Origin: a virus
Length of the DNA: 45,311 nucleotides
IMG/VR virus record: IMGVR_UViG_3300005137_000002
Location: 1-45,311 of that record
Strand: one strand, 5' to 3'
A program made the position numbers and the translations under genes. The notes under the pieces were generated by a model. That model did no database searches. It was not told where the DNA came from and was given only the letters and a program-made list of their open reading frames with translations. Each line of letters begins with the position of its first letter. The stretch's first letter is position 1. Shown here in pieces: positions 32,232 to 41,678 of this stretch.

Positions 32232-32618
32232 ATGCCTTACCTGACCTATCAGGAGTATAAGGACATGGGCTTTTCCCACGTCGAGGAAAGCGAATTTGAC
32301 AGGCTATTGAGGCGCGCGAGTGACGTATTGGATTACGTCACCCGCGACTTTTACCGCTTCAATGACTTGGAAAGCGACATCCCGATTCGACGTGACAAGT
32401 TTAAGAAGGCGGTGGCCACTCAAATTGAGTATTTCCGAGACATGGGAGCCACATCGTCCCATGAACTGAGTGAGGCGGCGTTCGTGACCATCGGGAGGAC
32501 AACCGTTTCAAACGGTGGCCGGAATCAAGCCGAACGCCAAGACATCATCGTGTCGAAGGATGTTTATTGGCTTTTGGCAGGGACAGGCTTGCTTTATCGT
32601 GGCGTTGGGGTGGTCTGA
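32232..32618 (+). CDS. Head-tail connector (gp6/gp15-like)
   Basis: 128 aa. Called from position and the N-terminal YLTYQEYKDMGF...EFDRLLRRASDVLDYVT pattern. Confidence 0.55.
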   Translation: MPYLTYQEYKDMGFSHVEESEFDRLLRRASDVLDYVTRDFYRFNDLESDIPIRRDKFKKAVATQIEYFRDMGATSSHELSEAAFVTIGRTTVSNGGRNQAERQDIIVSKDVYWLLAGTGLLYRGVGVV

Positions 32619-32963
32619 ATGGCTGCAAGGCCTTTGCCTAAGCGCTGGCTGATACATTCAATCGTCTATAAAGGCTATACAGGCCAAAAAGACGACTGGG
32701 GAAAGCCGAAGTACGACGATCCAGTCACGATTGAGAATGTCCGGGTGGACACCATGACGGTATTTAGCCGGGATACCAGGCAGACCAAAATTCAGGCCGA
32801 TGCCGTCATTTTTGTGGATTCCACACACAGCAAGCCGATCCCCGAATTCAAGGAGCAGTCCATTATCACATTTGGCGGCCGGGATTACGTGCTGCAAAAG
32901 ATCGTTCCTTGCTATTACCCTGACAGGAACGAAATCCATCACTATGAACTGGAAGTGATCTAA
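32619..32963 (+). CDS. Head closure / minor capsid protein
   Basis: 114 aa. Called from position in the connector cluster. Confidence 0.5.
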   Translation: MAARPLPKRWLIHSIVYKGYTGQKDDWGKPKYDDPVTIENVRVDTMTVFSRDTRQTKIQADAVIFVDSTHSKPIPEFKEQSIITFGGRDYVLQKIVPCYYPDRNEIHHYELEVI

Positions 32964-32964
32964 A

Positions 32965-33294
32965 ATGTCGGTTAGGGTGAAAATCAAAAAGGACTTGGAC
33001 GGCGTGCTTGTCAGGCTCGATAGGATGACGAAGTTGGGGCAATATGCGCTGGTTAACCAAGTCCACGCCGACAGCAACATGTACGCCCCCATGTTGTCAG
33101 GAGACTTACGTAACCAGTCCACCATTTCATTGGACGGCAAGTCCATTATCTGGCACGTTCCGTATGCGAGGCGACAGTATTACAATTACGGAGCAAAGTT
33201 TACAACTCCGGGAACGGGGCCCAAATGGGATTCCAAGGCCTTGGCTTTGCACCGGGATTCTTGGATTGAGATCGTAAAGAAGGCGATGAGATGA
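32965..33294 (+). CDS. Tail completion / minor capsid protein
   Basis: 109 aa. Called from position. Confidence 0.5.
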   Translation: MSVRVKIKKDLDGVLVRLDRMTKLGQYALVNQVHADSNMYAPMLSGDLRNQSTISLDGKSIIWHVPYARRQYYNYGAKFTTPGTGPKWDSKALALHRDSWIEIVKKAMR

Positions 33295-33295
33295 C

Positions 33296-33694
33296 ATGAA
33301 GCTGGATTTTATGGAGATGCTGAACCGGAAAATCAACAGCCTTGGGCTTTTTGCGCCTTGCATGATTGGCCTGCTTGACGAGGGTGAAAGTCTCTCCATC
33401 ATGGCTATGCCCGGCGGAGATGAGACAGTCTACTTCGACGGGACACGGGACAAGGATTATCAAGTCCAGATCAACGCCAAAAGCAGGGACCAGCTGAATT
33501 GCTTCGACGCATTGACAAGGATTTATCAGGAATTGGAGAACCTTGATGACCTGCCGAGCAAAAACGGCAGTTACGAGTTCCAGAAAATCACCACACGTTC
33601 CTTGCCGTCTCTTGTCATGCAAGACGAGGACGGATTTTTTATTTATGCGCTCTCCATCAGCGCGAAAATCACGATTTATAAAGGGGTGACATGA
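33296..33694 (+). CDS. Tail terminator-like protein
   Basis: 132 aa. Position immediately upstream of the major tail gene. Confidence 0.45.
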   Translation: MKLDFMEMLNRKINSLGLFAPCMIGLLDEGESLSIMAMPGGDETVYFDGTRDKDYQVQINAKSRDQLNCFDALTRIYQELENLDDLPSKNGSYEFQKITTRSLPSLVMQDEDGFFIYALSISAKITIYKGVT

Positions 33695-34146
33695 ACATGG
33701 CGAGGAAAAAGAACGCTTTGACGGAATACTACGTCGGCGCCATTCCGACTGACGGCGGAGAGCCTGAATATTTCAGGCTTGCCAAATGGATCTCCACTGT
33801 CACGGATGATTCCGACGAGGAAACCGAGGATCAAGGCTTCTATGACGGCGATGGCACGCCTGAAACAGACGTGATTAGCGTCAAGAAGACATATACCTTT
33901 GAAGGCTTTTTCGATTCTGATGATCCGGCAATGGCCTTCATTGCCAGCCTTGAGTTTGAGACGGGAGAAAAGCGGAAGATCATGTTTAAGCAGGTCAGGA
34001 CAGACGGCACAACGCTTGAAGGCCGTGCTACCGTGACCAACATCAAGGTGACGGGCGGCGAGGCGACGGAATACGCCACCTTTGAATGCACGATCGCATG
34101 GGACAAGAAGCCGGACATCACGCCTCCCAGCGGCAGCGGATCATAA
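33691..34146 (+). CDS. Major tail protein
   Basis: 151 aa. Position before the chaperone genes and tape measure, followed by a strong hairpin. Confidence 0.7.
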   Translation: MNMARKKNALTEYYVGAIPTDGGEPEYFRLAKWISTVTDDSDEETEDQGFYDGDGTPETDVISVKKTYTFEGFFDSDDPAMAFIASLEFETGEKRKIMFKQVRTDGTTLEGRATVTNIKVTGGEATEYATFECTIAWDKKPDITPPSGSGS

Positions 34147-34161
34147 AATCCTTGAAGCAAC

Positions 34162-34188
34162 ACGAGAGCAGGGCAGTCCTGCTCTCGT
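34162..34188 (+). terminator. 11-bp stem hairpin after the major tail gene (attenuator)
   Basis: acgagagcagg-gcagt-cctgctctcgt, followed by only TTT. Confidence 0.5.
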
Positions 34189-34215
34189 TTCAACCATTAC
34201 AGGAGGGGTTTTGAA

Positions 34216-34602
34216 ATGGCAATCAGGATTCAGACGGAAAGACCGGAAATACCAATCGAGATCGGGGAACTGAGATTTTCCTTTGACTTGTCCGACGAAT
34301 CGATCAAGCGGTTCCGGGAGGACGCAAAGCAAGTCGTCGAAGAACTGCAATCCATCAGCCTTGCTGATGAAAAGGACGAAACCGTGTTTGAGAGAGCGAC
34401 CGAGATTTTGCGTCGAGGATATGACGTCATGCTTGGCGAAGGAGCATTCGACAAGATTTATAAGCTTTCCCCGTCTTTGATCGTTCTCATGGACTATTTC
34501 CGGCAGATTGCCGAAGGCATTGAACGGGAATTGAAAGGGCGTGGCCTCAACATGCTGCCAAAGGAGAAGGCGAAAAAGTATTTACGCAAAAGAAAAAGAT
34601 AG
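34216..34602 (+). CDS. Tail assembly chaperone (gpG-like)
   Basis: 128 aa. Position between the major tail protein and the tape measure. Confidence 0.55.
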   Translation: MAIRIQTERPEIPIEIGELRFSFDLSDESIKRFREDAKQVVEELQSISLADEKDETVFERATEILRRGYDVMLGEGAFDKIYKLSPSLIVLMDYFRQIAEGIERELKGRGLNMLPKEKAKKYLRKRKR

Positions 34603-34611
34603 GTGGTAGCC

Positions 34612-35172
34612 GTGGACTTGGCTTACCCGCTTATCGAGAGCGTAGAGATCGACGGGAAGAAATATAAGCTGGATCTCTCTTTCGATAATGTTTTGCGCCT
34701 GTTCGACATGTTGAATGACAAAGAACTGGATGACGTCACGCAGATTGAGACCGGGCTTTATATGCTGCTTGGCGTCGAATTGGATTACCCGATTGAGAAA
34801 AAGGCAGAAATCTTTTACAAGATTTTCCGTGAAGCCATCGGCAAAGATGCCGAGGAAGAACAGCAGGTGGACATTGAAGGGAATCCGTTGCCTCATCCAA
34901 AAAAGGAGGAACGGATCTATTCCATCAAACAAGATGCGGAATACATCTATGCGTCGTTTTATCAGGATTACGGGATTGACCTGTTCGAGATGCAGGGCAA
35001 ACTTCACTGGGCAAAATTCAAGGCACTGCTGAAAGGCCTGAGCGTCAATACAAAGTTTAAGGAAGTGCTTGAGATCCGGACGATGGAACTGCCGAAAGGC
35101 AAAGGGATGGAAAAGCAACGTGAGAGGATCAGGAAACTCAAGCAGATTTACGCATTGAAGGACGAGGATTAG
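34612..35172 (+). CDS. Tail assembly protein (phage Gp15-family-like, gpT analogue)
   Basis: Same reading frame as 34216-34602, separated only by TAG 34600-34602. An independent GTG start at 34612 lies 5 nt after AGGTGG. Confidence 0.55.
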   Translation: MDLAYPLIESVEIDGKKYKLDLSFDNVLRLFDMLNDKELDDVTQIETGLYMLLGVELDYPIEKKAEIFYKIFREAIGKDAEEEQQVDIEGNPLPHPKKEERIYSIKQDAEYIYASFYQDYGIDLFEMQGKLHWAKFKALLKGLSVNTKFKEVLEIRTMELPKGKGMEKQRERIRKLKQIYALKDED

Positions 35173-35189
35173 AAGCATATTTGCATTCG

Positions 35190-35216
35190 GGAACCTCATT
35201 TTGAGGTTCCTTTTTT
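35190..35216 (+). terminator. Intrinsic terminator before the tape measure gene
   Basis: ggaacctc-atttt-gaggttcc followed by TTTTTT. Confidence 0.7.
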
Positions 35217-35240
35217 GTTTGGCAGAAAGGTGGTGAAGGC

Positions 35241-37304
35241 ATGGCGGACGGCAAAGTTGTCATTGACGTAATCCTTGACGATGGATCAGTGGTCAAGGGT
35301 GTCACGAACATTGACCGTGGATTCAAAGGACTGATGTCCACCGCCAAAAGTGTAGCAGCCAGCATAGGAAAGATTGCCGCTGGTATTGGTGCGTTTGAAC
35401 TTGCTAGAAAAGCCGTCAACATGGTCACGAGTTCGCTGGATGGAGCGATAGCCCGATATGACACCTTGAACAACTTTCCAAAAGTGATGCAGCAGATCGG
35501 ATTTTCGTCTGAGGAATCAGGAAGGGCAATCCAAAGGCTGTCTGATGGTATCCAAGGTCTGCCGACAACCCTTGATAGTGTTGCAAGTACAGCGCAACGT
35601 ATAGCGGTGATGACCAACGATTTGGACGGGGCTGTAGAAACCACCCTGGCACTCAACAATGCCTTCATCGCCTCGGGAGCAAGTCAACAAGATGCTGCAC
35701 GGGGCCTGGAACAGTATGTTCAGATGCTAGCCAAAGGTGAAGTTGACCTCCAGTCCTGGAGAACCCTTCAAGAAACGATGGGGGTTGCATTGAACGATGT
35801 GGCCAAAGCTTTTGGGTTTGCGGGAAAATCTGCACAGAATGATCTATATGACGCACTCAAAAGCGGGAAAATCACTTTTGATGAGTTTAATGCGAAGATC
35901 ATTGAGCTGTCTAACGCTCAAGGTGGTTTTGCAGAGCGAGCATTGACAGCGAGTGGCGGCATAAGAACCGCATGGACAAACATGCAGACTGCTGTTGTAC
36001 GAGGCGTGACCAGTATCATTGAAGCTATAGACAATGTCTTGGCGGACACCCCCTTAGAGAGCATTGAAAACATCATCGTCAGAATAGGAAAGGCATTTTT
36101 CAATATTTTGAACAGCATCGCAGAAGCTATACCTGTTGTGGCCAACTGGTTAATGTCTGTCAAGGAAGCCATTGATCCGTTGATTCCGTCTGTAAACCAG
36201 GTTAGAGACGGCTTCACAAGCGCATTTGAAACAATAAAAGCCGCGGTAATGCCTATAGTCCAGGAAGTAGTGAGTTTCATCATGACCACGTGGGGCAATA
36301 TGGTCGCTTGGTGGCAGGAAAACGGGACACAGATAACACAAGCGGTTCAAAATGCTTTCCAGTTCATATTAGCGGTTGTTCAAGCTGTTATGCCTGCTGT
36401 CAAATTCATCATCGAAATGGTCTGGGAAAACATCAAGAACATCATCAGCAGCGCCTTGAATATCATCATGAATCTTGTCAACTTGTTCGCCGGGCTGTTC
36501 ACCGGAAACTGGCAGCAAGTATGGGCAAGCGTAAAACAGATTTTCCTAAGTGCGCTGACGTTGTTATGGAACCTGTTTCAGCTTTGGGGACTGGGCAGGA
36601 TATTGAAATTCGTTGGCTTTTTGGGAGGACAATTGGGCAGGGTCTTCCGCGCCATGTGGGATGGAGTGCGGAACATCTTTTCTTCAGCGCTCAACAGGGT
36701 ATTCGATGTTGTCAAAGGCGGCTTCAATCGAGTGCTTGACTGGGTTTTTGGCCTTGGCAAGAGGTTTTTCGATGCCGGGAAGGGTCTGATAGAAATGGTC
36801 AAGAGAGGCATCGAGAATGCGGCAGACATGGCTGTGAATGCTGTGAAAAACTTGGTGAAAAAGATCCGTGACTTCCTCCCGTTCAGCCCTGCGAAGAAGG
36901 GACCGTTGCGGGATCTTGACAAGCTCGACTTTGGCGGAACCATTTCTGATAGCATCAACAGAGGCAGGGGCGCTGCCCTTAAAGCAATGCAAGGGTTGGC
37001 CGCGCAATTGCGTCAAGAAGTGTCGCCGGAAGTGGCCATAGAGAACCGCCTTAGAGGGGCTGCGCTGCCTTTCAGCAGCCTTATGCCGGCCGCTGCGGTG
37101 GCCAGCGCATACGGAGCCGAATTAAAGGCTGCCAGTGGCATGTCGAGGGCAGAGTTTGAAATGCTGACAAACGCCATCCGGCAATTGGCATCAAGACCAG
37201 TCGTCGTAGAAATGGACGGGCGGCAAATCGTCTATGCGACCGTCGATCTGATGGATGAGACGCTGAAATTTAAGCAACAAAGGACAGGGAGGTTCAGGGG
37301 GTGA
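35241..37304 (+). CDS. Tail tape measure protein
   Basis: 687 aa, helical and Ala/Gly-rich with hydrophobic repeats. Called from position. Confidence 0.9.
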   Translation: MADGKVVIDVILDDGSVVKGVTNIDRGFKGLMSTAKSVAASIGKIAAGIGAFELARKAVNMVTSSLDGAIARYDTLNNFPKVMQQIGFSSEESGRAIQRLSDGIQGLPTTLDSVASTAQRIAVMTNDLDGAVETTLALNNAFIASGASQQDAARGLEQYVQMLAKGEVDLQSWRTLQETMGVALNDVAKAFGFAGKSAQNDLYDALKSGKITFDEFNAKIIELSNAQGGFAERALTASGGIRTAWTNMQTAVVRGVTSIIEAIDNVLADTPLESIENIIVRIGKAFFNILNSIAEAIPVVANWLMSVKEAIDPLIPSVNQVRDGFTSAFETIKAAVMPIVQEVVSFIMTTWGNMVAWWQENGTQITQAVQNAFQFILAVVQAVMPAVKFIIEMVWENIKNIISSALNIIMNLVNLFAGLFTGNWQQVWASVKQIFLSALTLLWNLFQLWGLGRILKFVGFLGGQLGRVFRAMWDGVRNIFSSALNRVFDVVKGGFNRVLDWVFGLGKRFFDAGKGLIEMVKRGIENAADMAVNAVKNLVKKIRDFLPFSPAKKGPLRDLDKLDFGGTISDSINRGRGAALKAMQGLAAQLRQEVSPEVAIENRLRGAALPFSSLMPAAAVASAYGAELKAASGMSRAEFEMLTNAIRQLASRPVVVEMDGRQIVYATVDLMDETLKFKQQRTGRFRG

Positions 37305-37308
37305 TGTT

Positions 37309-38742
37309 GTGTCCTTCCAGTTTAACGGCATAACCAAGAATTACATAAGGATTCTTCGGGGGCTTGAACGTCCCGTGTGGGCGCCGATTGAGCAGGAGAT
37401 CATTGAGGTGCCTGGAAGGGCAGGCGGAATCATCACCAGCAGGAAAACGAAAGTGCGAACCATTAACGTCCCTGTTCGTGTCTACACCAAAGGCTTTGCG
37501 AATCTCCAAGAGGCAAAAGAGGATCTTGCAGCATGGCTGATTACGGATGAGCCTAAACCGCTTGTCTTCCCTGATGAGCCAGACAGGACATATTTTGCAG
37601 AAGTGACGGGAGAGCTTAACCTTGATGAACTGGTCGAATGGGGCGAAGGCGTGATCTCTTTCGTTTGCCAAGATCCTTACAAGTACGGGCCGGAAATCGA
37701 GGCAACATTTCCGGGAGACGTCGTTAGCCTGCATTACAACGGGACAGCGGAAACGGAGCCTGTCTTCGAGTTTGAAGTTACGCAGCCAGTGACGTTTGCC
37801 TTGATTCAGAATCACCTAAACGAATACATGATGGTAGGCCAGCCAGCAGAAGTAACAAGCACTCCATTCCAGAAATACGAGCAAATCTTTTTTTCGGAGT
37901 GCGATAGCCTTCTTGGCTGGACAACGGCAAATCCCGGGGAAATTGACGGGACAATTACAGGGACGATGAAAACAGACGGGCTTCGATTCACGGCAGACAG
38001 CTATGGCACAGGCACTGGATGGCATGGTCCGGCAATCAAAACCAGTCTTTCAGAAGCGTTGTCCGATTTCCGGTTGGTCGCACACGTCGCTCTGTTCAAC
38101 GGCAACGTCGCAAAACAAGTTGGCCGCGTCGAGATATACCTTTTGGACGAGAACGGTGTTCCGGTGTGCAAGCTGGCCGTAAAGGACATGTTTTCTGACA
38201 GGGCCCTGACGTATGCTGAGGCGCGTGCCGGCACTCTTTCGGATGGCTACTACATGGTCAATGAATATGGCGATAAGCCGGGAGTGTGGAACAATTTTGA
38301 GGGTCAAGTCGAAATATCGCGCGAGGGGAACAAATGGTATGCTTACTTTGCAATGGTGGACAGGACAACGAAAAAGCACCATACTAGGCGATCCGTTACA
38401 TGGTTTGATACCGCCGGAAAATACATCAGGAATGTGGCGCAGGTGCTTGTCCATGTGGGGGTGTATGGCAATCATTCCCCAATTGACTGTGGGGTATATC
38501 TGATTCGCGTCTACAAAATCAACCAACAACAGCAGCTACAAATCCCATATATCGCCAATGTTGGCGACGTGATCACGTTTGATCACCAGACGAATGACAT
38601 TCTCATCAACGGCGTGTCCCGGATGGACTTGAAGGACTTTGGGGCACGCTTTTTTAGCCTCAAAAAAGGGCAAAACATTTTCAACGTCTATCCTACCGGT
38701 TCCTTCAATGTCAAGTGCTATTACAGGGAGAGGTACCTATGA
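37309..38742 (+). CDS. Distal tail protein (Dit, siphovirus tail component)
   Basis: 477 aa directly after the tape measure. N-terminal FNGITKNYIRILRGLERPVWAPIE pattern. Confidence 0.8.
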   Translation: MSFQFNGITKNYIRILRGLERPVWAPIEQEIIEVPGRAGGIITSRKTKVRTINVPVRVYTKGFANLQEAKEDLAAWLITDEPKPLVFPDEPDRTYFAEVTGELNLDELVEWGEGVISFVCQDPYKYGPEIEATFPGDVVSLHYNGTAETEPVFEFEVTQPVTFALIQNHLNEYMMVGQPAEVTSTPFQKYEQIFFSECDSLLGWTTANPGEIDGTITGTMKTDGLRFTADSYGTGTGWHGPAIKTSLSEALSDFRLVAHVALFNGNVAKQVGRVEIYLLDENGVPVCKLAVKDMFSDRALTYAEARAGTLSDGYYMVNEYGDKPGVWNNFEGQVEISREGNKWYAYFAMVDRTTKKHHTRRSVTWFDTAGKYIRNVAQVLVHVGVYGNHSPIDCGVYLIRVYKINQQQQLQIPYIANVGDVITFDHQTNDILINGVSRMDLKDFGARFFSLKKGQNIFNVYPTGSFNVKCYYRERYL

Positions 38743-41603
38743 TTCACGTCGTTCATGGGCAGACAGACCAAATCCTTGCATACATTCCTGAGAAGGAATT
38801 CTGGGATGACGTTCACCGCAAATCCCTCAAAGACACGCTTGAGACGTTTGACTTCACGACGCGGGGCGACAGGCCGTATTCCGAATATCTGAGCAAGCGA
38901 AACCGCCTTGTCATTCCTGATGAAGACGGGCGGTTCGTGGAATTCATCATCGAGAACACAAGAAAATACCGAAGCACAAATGGCGGCCTGTTCATCGAAG
39001 TGTATTCGGTTGCCTCATATCTTGACTTGCGAAGGACGAAGCGCATTCCGCCGCAGGTTACTTCATCGTGGAATCCCCGGCAGCATGCGGAATGGGCACT
39101 TTCGGGGACGGAATGGAAGGTAGGGGACGCCGTTTATGCAGGCATGCGATCCATTGTCATCGAATCGAACACAAATCCTTATTCCTTCCTGAAAACCGTG
39201 GCCAGCGAGTTTGAGATCGAGCTTAATTTTCGGGTTGAGACAAACGGAACGAAAGTCATTGCCCGATATGTCGATCTGGTTGAGCGCATCGGAGAATGGC
39301 ACGGCAGGGAAGTGGTGTTCGGGAAGGACTTGGCCGGGATTGAACGAAAAGAGGATTACTCCAACCTTGCAACGGCGTTGATCGGAATCGGCCCAGAACG
39401 TGATGACGGCACAAGGCTTGAAGTGCTGGTTGAGGACTTGGATGCCCTGGCAAGATGGGGAAGGAATAACCAGCACATCATTGACGTCTATGAGCCGGAT
39501 TCATCCGACAGTCAAATGACGTTGGATCGCTTGAGGACACTCACGAGGAACGAGCTTAACAAGCGCATCAATTCAGTGGTTGAGTATTCGGCAGAGATCG
39601 TGGACTTGGAAAAGGTGCCGGGGCTGGAAAACAAAAAAATCCGTTTCGGTGACACCATCAAAATCAAGGACACGGCATTCAATCCGCCGCTGTACATCGA
39701 GGCTCGTGTCCACACTCAAGAGCGATCCCTGAGTGACGGATCGAAGAAGAAAGTCGAGCTTGGGGACTTTATCGAATACACCGAGCAAGAAGCAACGGCC
39801 ATCTGGCAAAAGCTTCAAGAGGAAATCAAAAAGAAGGTCTCCATGTCTCAAGTGCTTGAGGTCACTTATACAAAGCAGGAAGTGGACAACAAAGACTCGG
39901 CAGTGCTTGATCAAAGCACTGGATATGCCGAGGCCGTTTCAGAGCAAAAGAAACAGGAAGCCATTGCCGTGGCGGATCAAAAGATCCAGCAAGCGAAAAC
40001 AGAGATTGAAGCCAATATGGAGGTAAAGATTGCTAGGGGATCGACGGCGCCGATCAGTCCAAAGGTAAACGACATATGGATCGACACTTCAACGTCGCCG
40101 CCAGTGTGGAAATTGTGGAATGGCTCCACATGGCAGAAAATGACGCGCACACAGTTTACGGAATTGGCCGGGAAGATCACAGGTTTGCAGATTGAGACAG
40201 GTACAATTGAGCCGCAGCACATTGCTTGGTTGGACGCTTCGCTAATAACGGCAGGCACGATGGTGGCCGACCGTATTCGCGGTGGCACGTTGGAGCTTGG
40301 AGGATACAACAACCAAAACGGATCTTTGGTCATAAGGGATTCGGCTGGAAATGAACGGGTGCGAGGAAACAGTGATGGACTGAGCGTGAATGAAGGTCAC
40401 TTCCTGATAAAAGACAAGCTGACGCAAGTCCAATCAGTGATAACTCCTGTAACTAACATGGTCAATGACCACAGCTTTGAAATGATTCCGAGGCTTGGTT
40501 CGGCTGATGCGCACCAGACTTTTTCGGTAGACCGAAGCAGGATGGGAAATTACTTTTGGTGGTATGCGACCACGGTAAACGCAAGGGTCCTGTCAACCTA
40601 CAACACGGACTTGCCGCAACTTGCTCTTTTCGACAAACAGGCAATCGTACTGCGAAATTCCTCATATGTCCTTTGGAAGCAATATGTCGAGTTAGACAGA
40701 CAGGTTGGCCTTACTGGGCCTTACACTATTTCCGCTTGGTTTGCCGCATTTACGGCAACGACCGTCAATACGTCTGCTGTCATTGAAATATGGGCCTGCA
40801 ATGATTCTTTTACACGCATAAGCAGAGTCGGGATTGCCTATGTGCCAATTTATTATTATGAGCCGTTCGTTTGGAAGCGCGGTTCAGTGACTGTGAGCAA
40901 TCTGCCTTCCAATACGGAATACCTTGAGATTACTTTGTATTGCACGCCGGATGCACAAATATTGTGCGACGGCGTTCAAATGGTCCCTTTAAGCCGCCCG
41001 GCAGTATATAATCCCGAAAGCTCCGTGTGGCGTTTAATGCGTGGATTGGACGGATACTACTTTAATTCCGTGATGTCCGACATTATTTACGCGGACACGA
41101 TTGCAGGACGCGTCTCAACCAACGTGATCAACCTTGGTCTTACGGGGCCGTCCGTTGACATGAACGGCGGAGCCGCAAGATGGAAGCAAAGCACGACAAA
41201 CTATATACGCCAAGCGACGGATGGAACAGTGACGATTTTTGTCAACGACGTTGCCCGGCACATTTTCCACGCCAGCGGAACAAAGACGGGAGGTTCCATC
41301 GAAATCGAAGGGAAAGTATGGGGGATGTCGCCAATCGACAGCCCCCGCGTGCTTATCGAGGACATTCTGTTTGACGTTGCCGTGGACGGGCAAACAGAGG
41401 TCCCGCTGGAAGAAAGATTCTCAAAAGCAGTGAGCAAATACGCTGTCTTTCCTAGCAGTCCCGATGTCAGGGTACTGGAAAAAAGGAAAGACAGCTTTGT
41501 TTTGCATGGAAAGGGGGTGATAGATGCAAGGGTGGTTGGATTGCGCGTAGGGTCGGAGGCTGTTTGTTGGGTTGACTTGGAAAAAGAAAGCCAAGATGCC
41601 TGA
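38739..41603 (+). CDS. Tail-associated lysin / baseplate hub with C-terminal receptor-binding region (Tal-like)
   Basis: 954 aa. ATGA overlap with dit. The N-terminus is typical of prophage tail endopeptidase-type proteins, and the C-terminal half is divergent. Confidence 0.8.
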   Translation: MIHVVHGQTDQILAYIPEKEFWDDVHRKSLKDTLETFDFTTRGDRPYSEYLSKRNRLVIPDEDGRFVEFIIENTRKYRSTNGGLFIEVYSVASYLDLRRTKRIPPQVTSSWNPRQHAEWALSGTEWKVGDAVYAGMRSIVIESNTNPYSFLKTVASEFEIELNFRVETNGTKVIARYVDLVERIGEWHGREVVFGKDLAGIERKEDYSNLATALIGIGPERDDGTRLEVLVEDLDALARWGRNNQHIIDVYEPDSSDSQMTLDRLRTLTRNELNKRINSVVEYSAEIVDLEKVPGLENKKIRFGDTIKIKDTAFNPPLYIEARVHTQERSLSDGSKKKVELGDFIEYTEQEATAIWQKLQEEIKKKVSMSQVLEVTYTKQEVDNKDSAVLDQSTGYAEAVSEQKKQEAIAVADQKIQQAKTEIEANMEVKIARGSTAPISPKVNDIWIDTSTSPPVWKLWNGSTWQKMTRTQFTELAGKITGLQIETGTIEPQHIAWLDASLITAGTMVADRIRGGTLELGGYNNQNGSLVIRDSAGNERVRGNSDGLSVNEGHFLIKDKLTQVQSVITPVTNMVNDHSFEMIPRLGSADAHQTFSVDRSRMGNYFWWYATTVNARVLSTYNTDLPQLALFDKQAIVLRNSSYVLWKQYVELDRQVGLTGPYTISAWFAAFTATTVNTSAVIEIWACNDSFTRISRVGIAYVPIYYYEPFVWKRGSVTVSNLPSNTEYLEITLYCTPDAQILCDGVQMVPLSRPAVYNPESSVWRLMRGLDGYYFNSVMSDIIYADTIAGRVSTNVINLGLTGPSVDMNGGAARWKQSTTNYIRQATDGTVTIFVNDVARHIFHASGTKTGGSIEIEGKVWGMSPIDSPRVLIEDILFDVAVDGQTEVPLEERFSKAVSKYAVFPSSPDVRVLEKRKDSFVLHGKGVIDARVVGLRVGSEAVCWVDLEKESQDA

Positions 41604-41615
41604 AAAGGCACACCG

Positions 41616-41643
41616 AAAACGCCGATAAGGCGTTTTTCTTTTT
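41616..41643 (+). terminator. Intrinsic terminator after the tail genes
   Basis: aaaacgcc-gataa-ggcgtttt, then a T-rich run. Confidence 0.7.
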
Positions 41644-41678
41644 GCCAAAAAAACCAAAAACCAAAAGGAGGAATCAAA

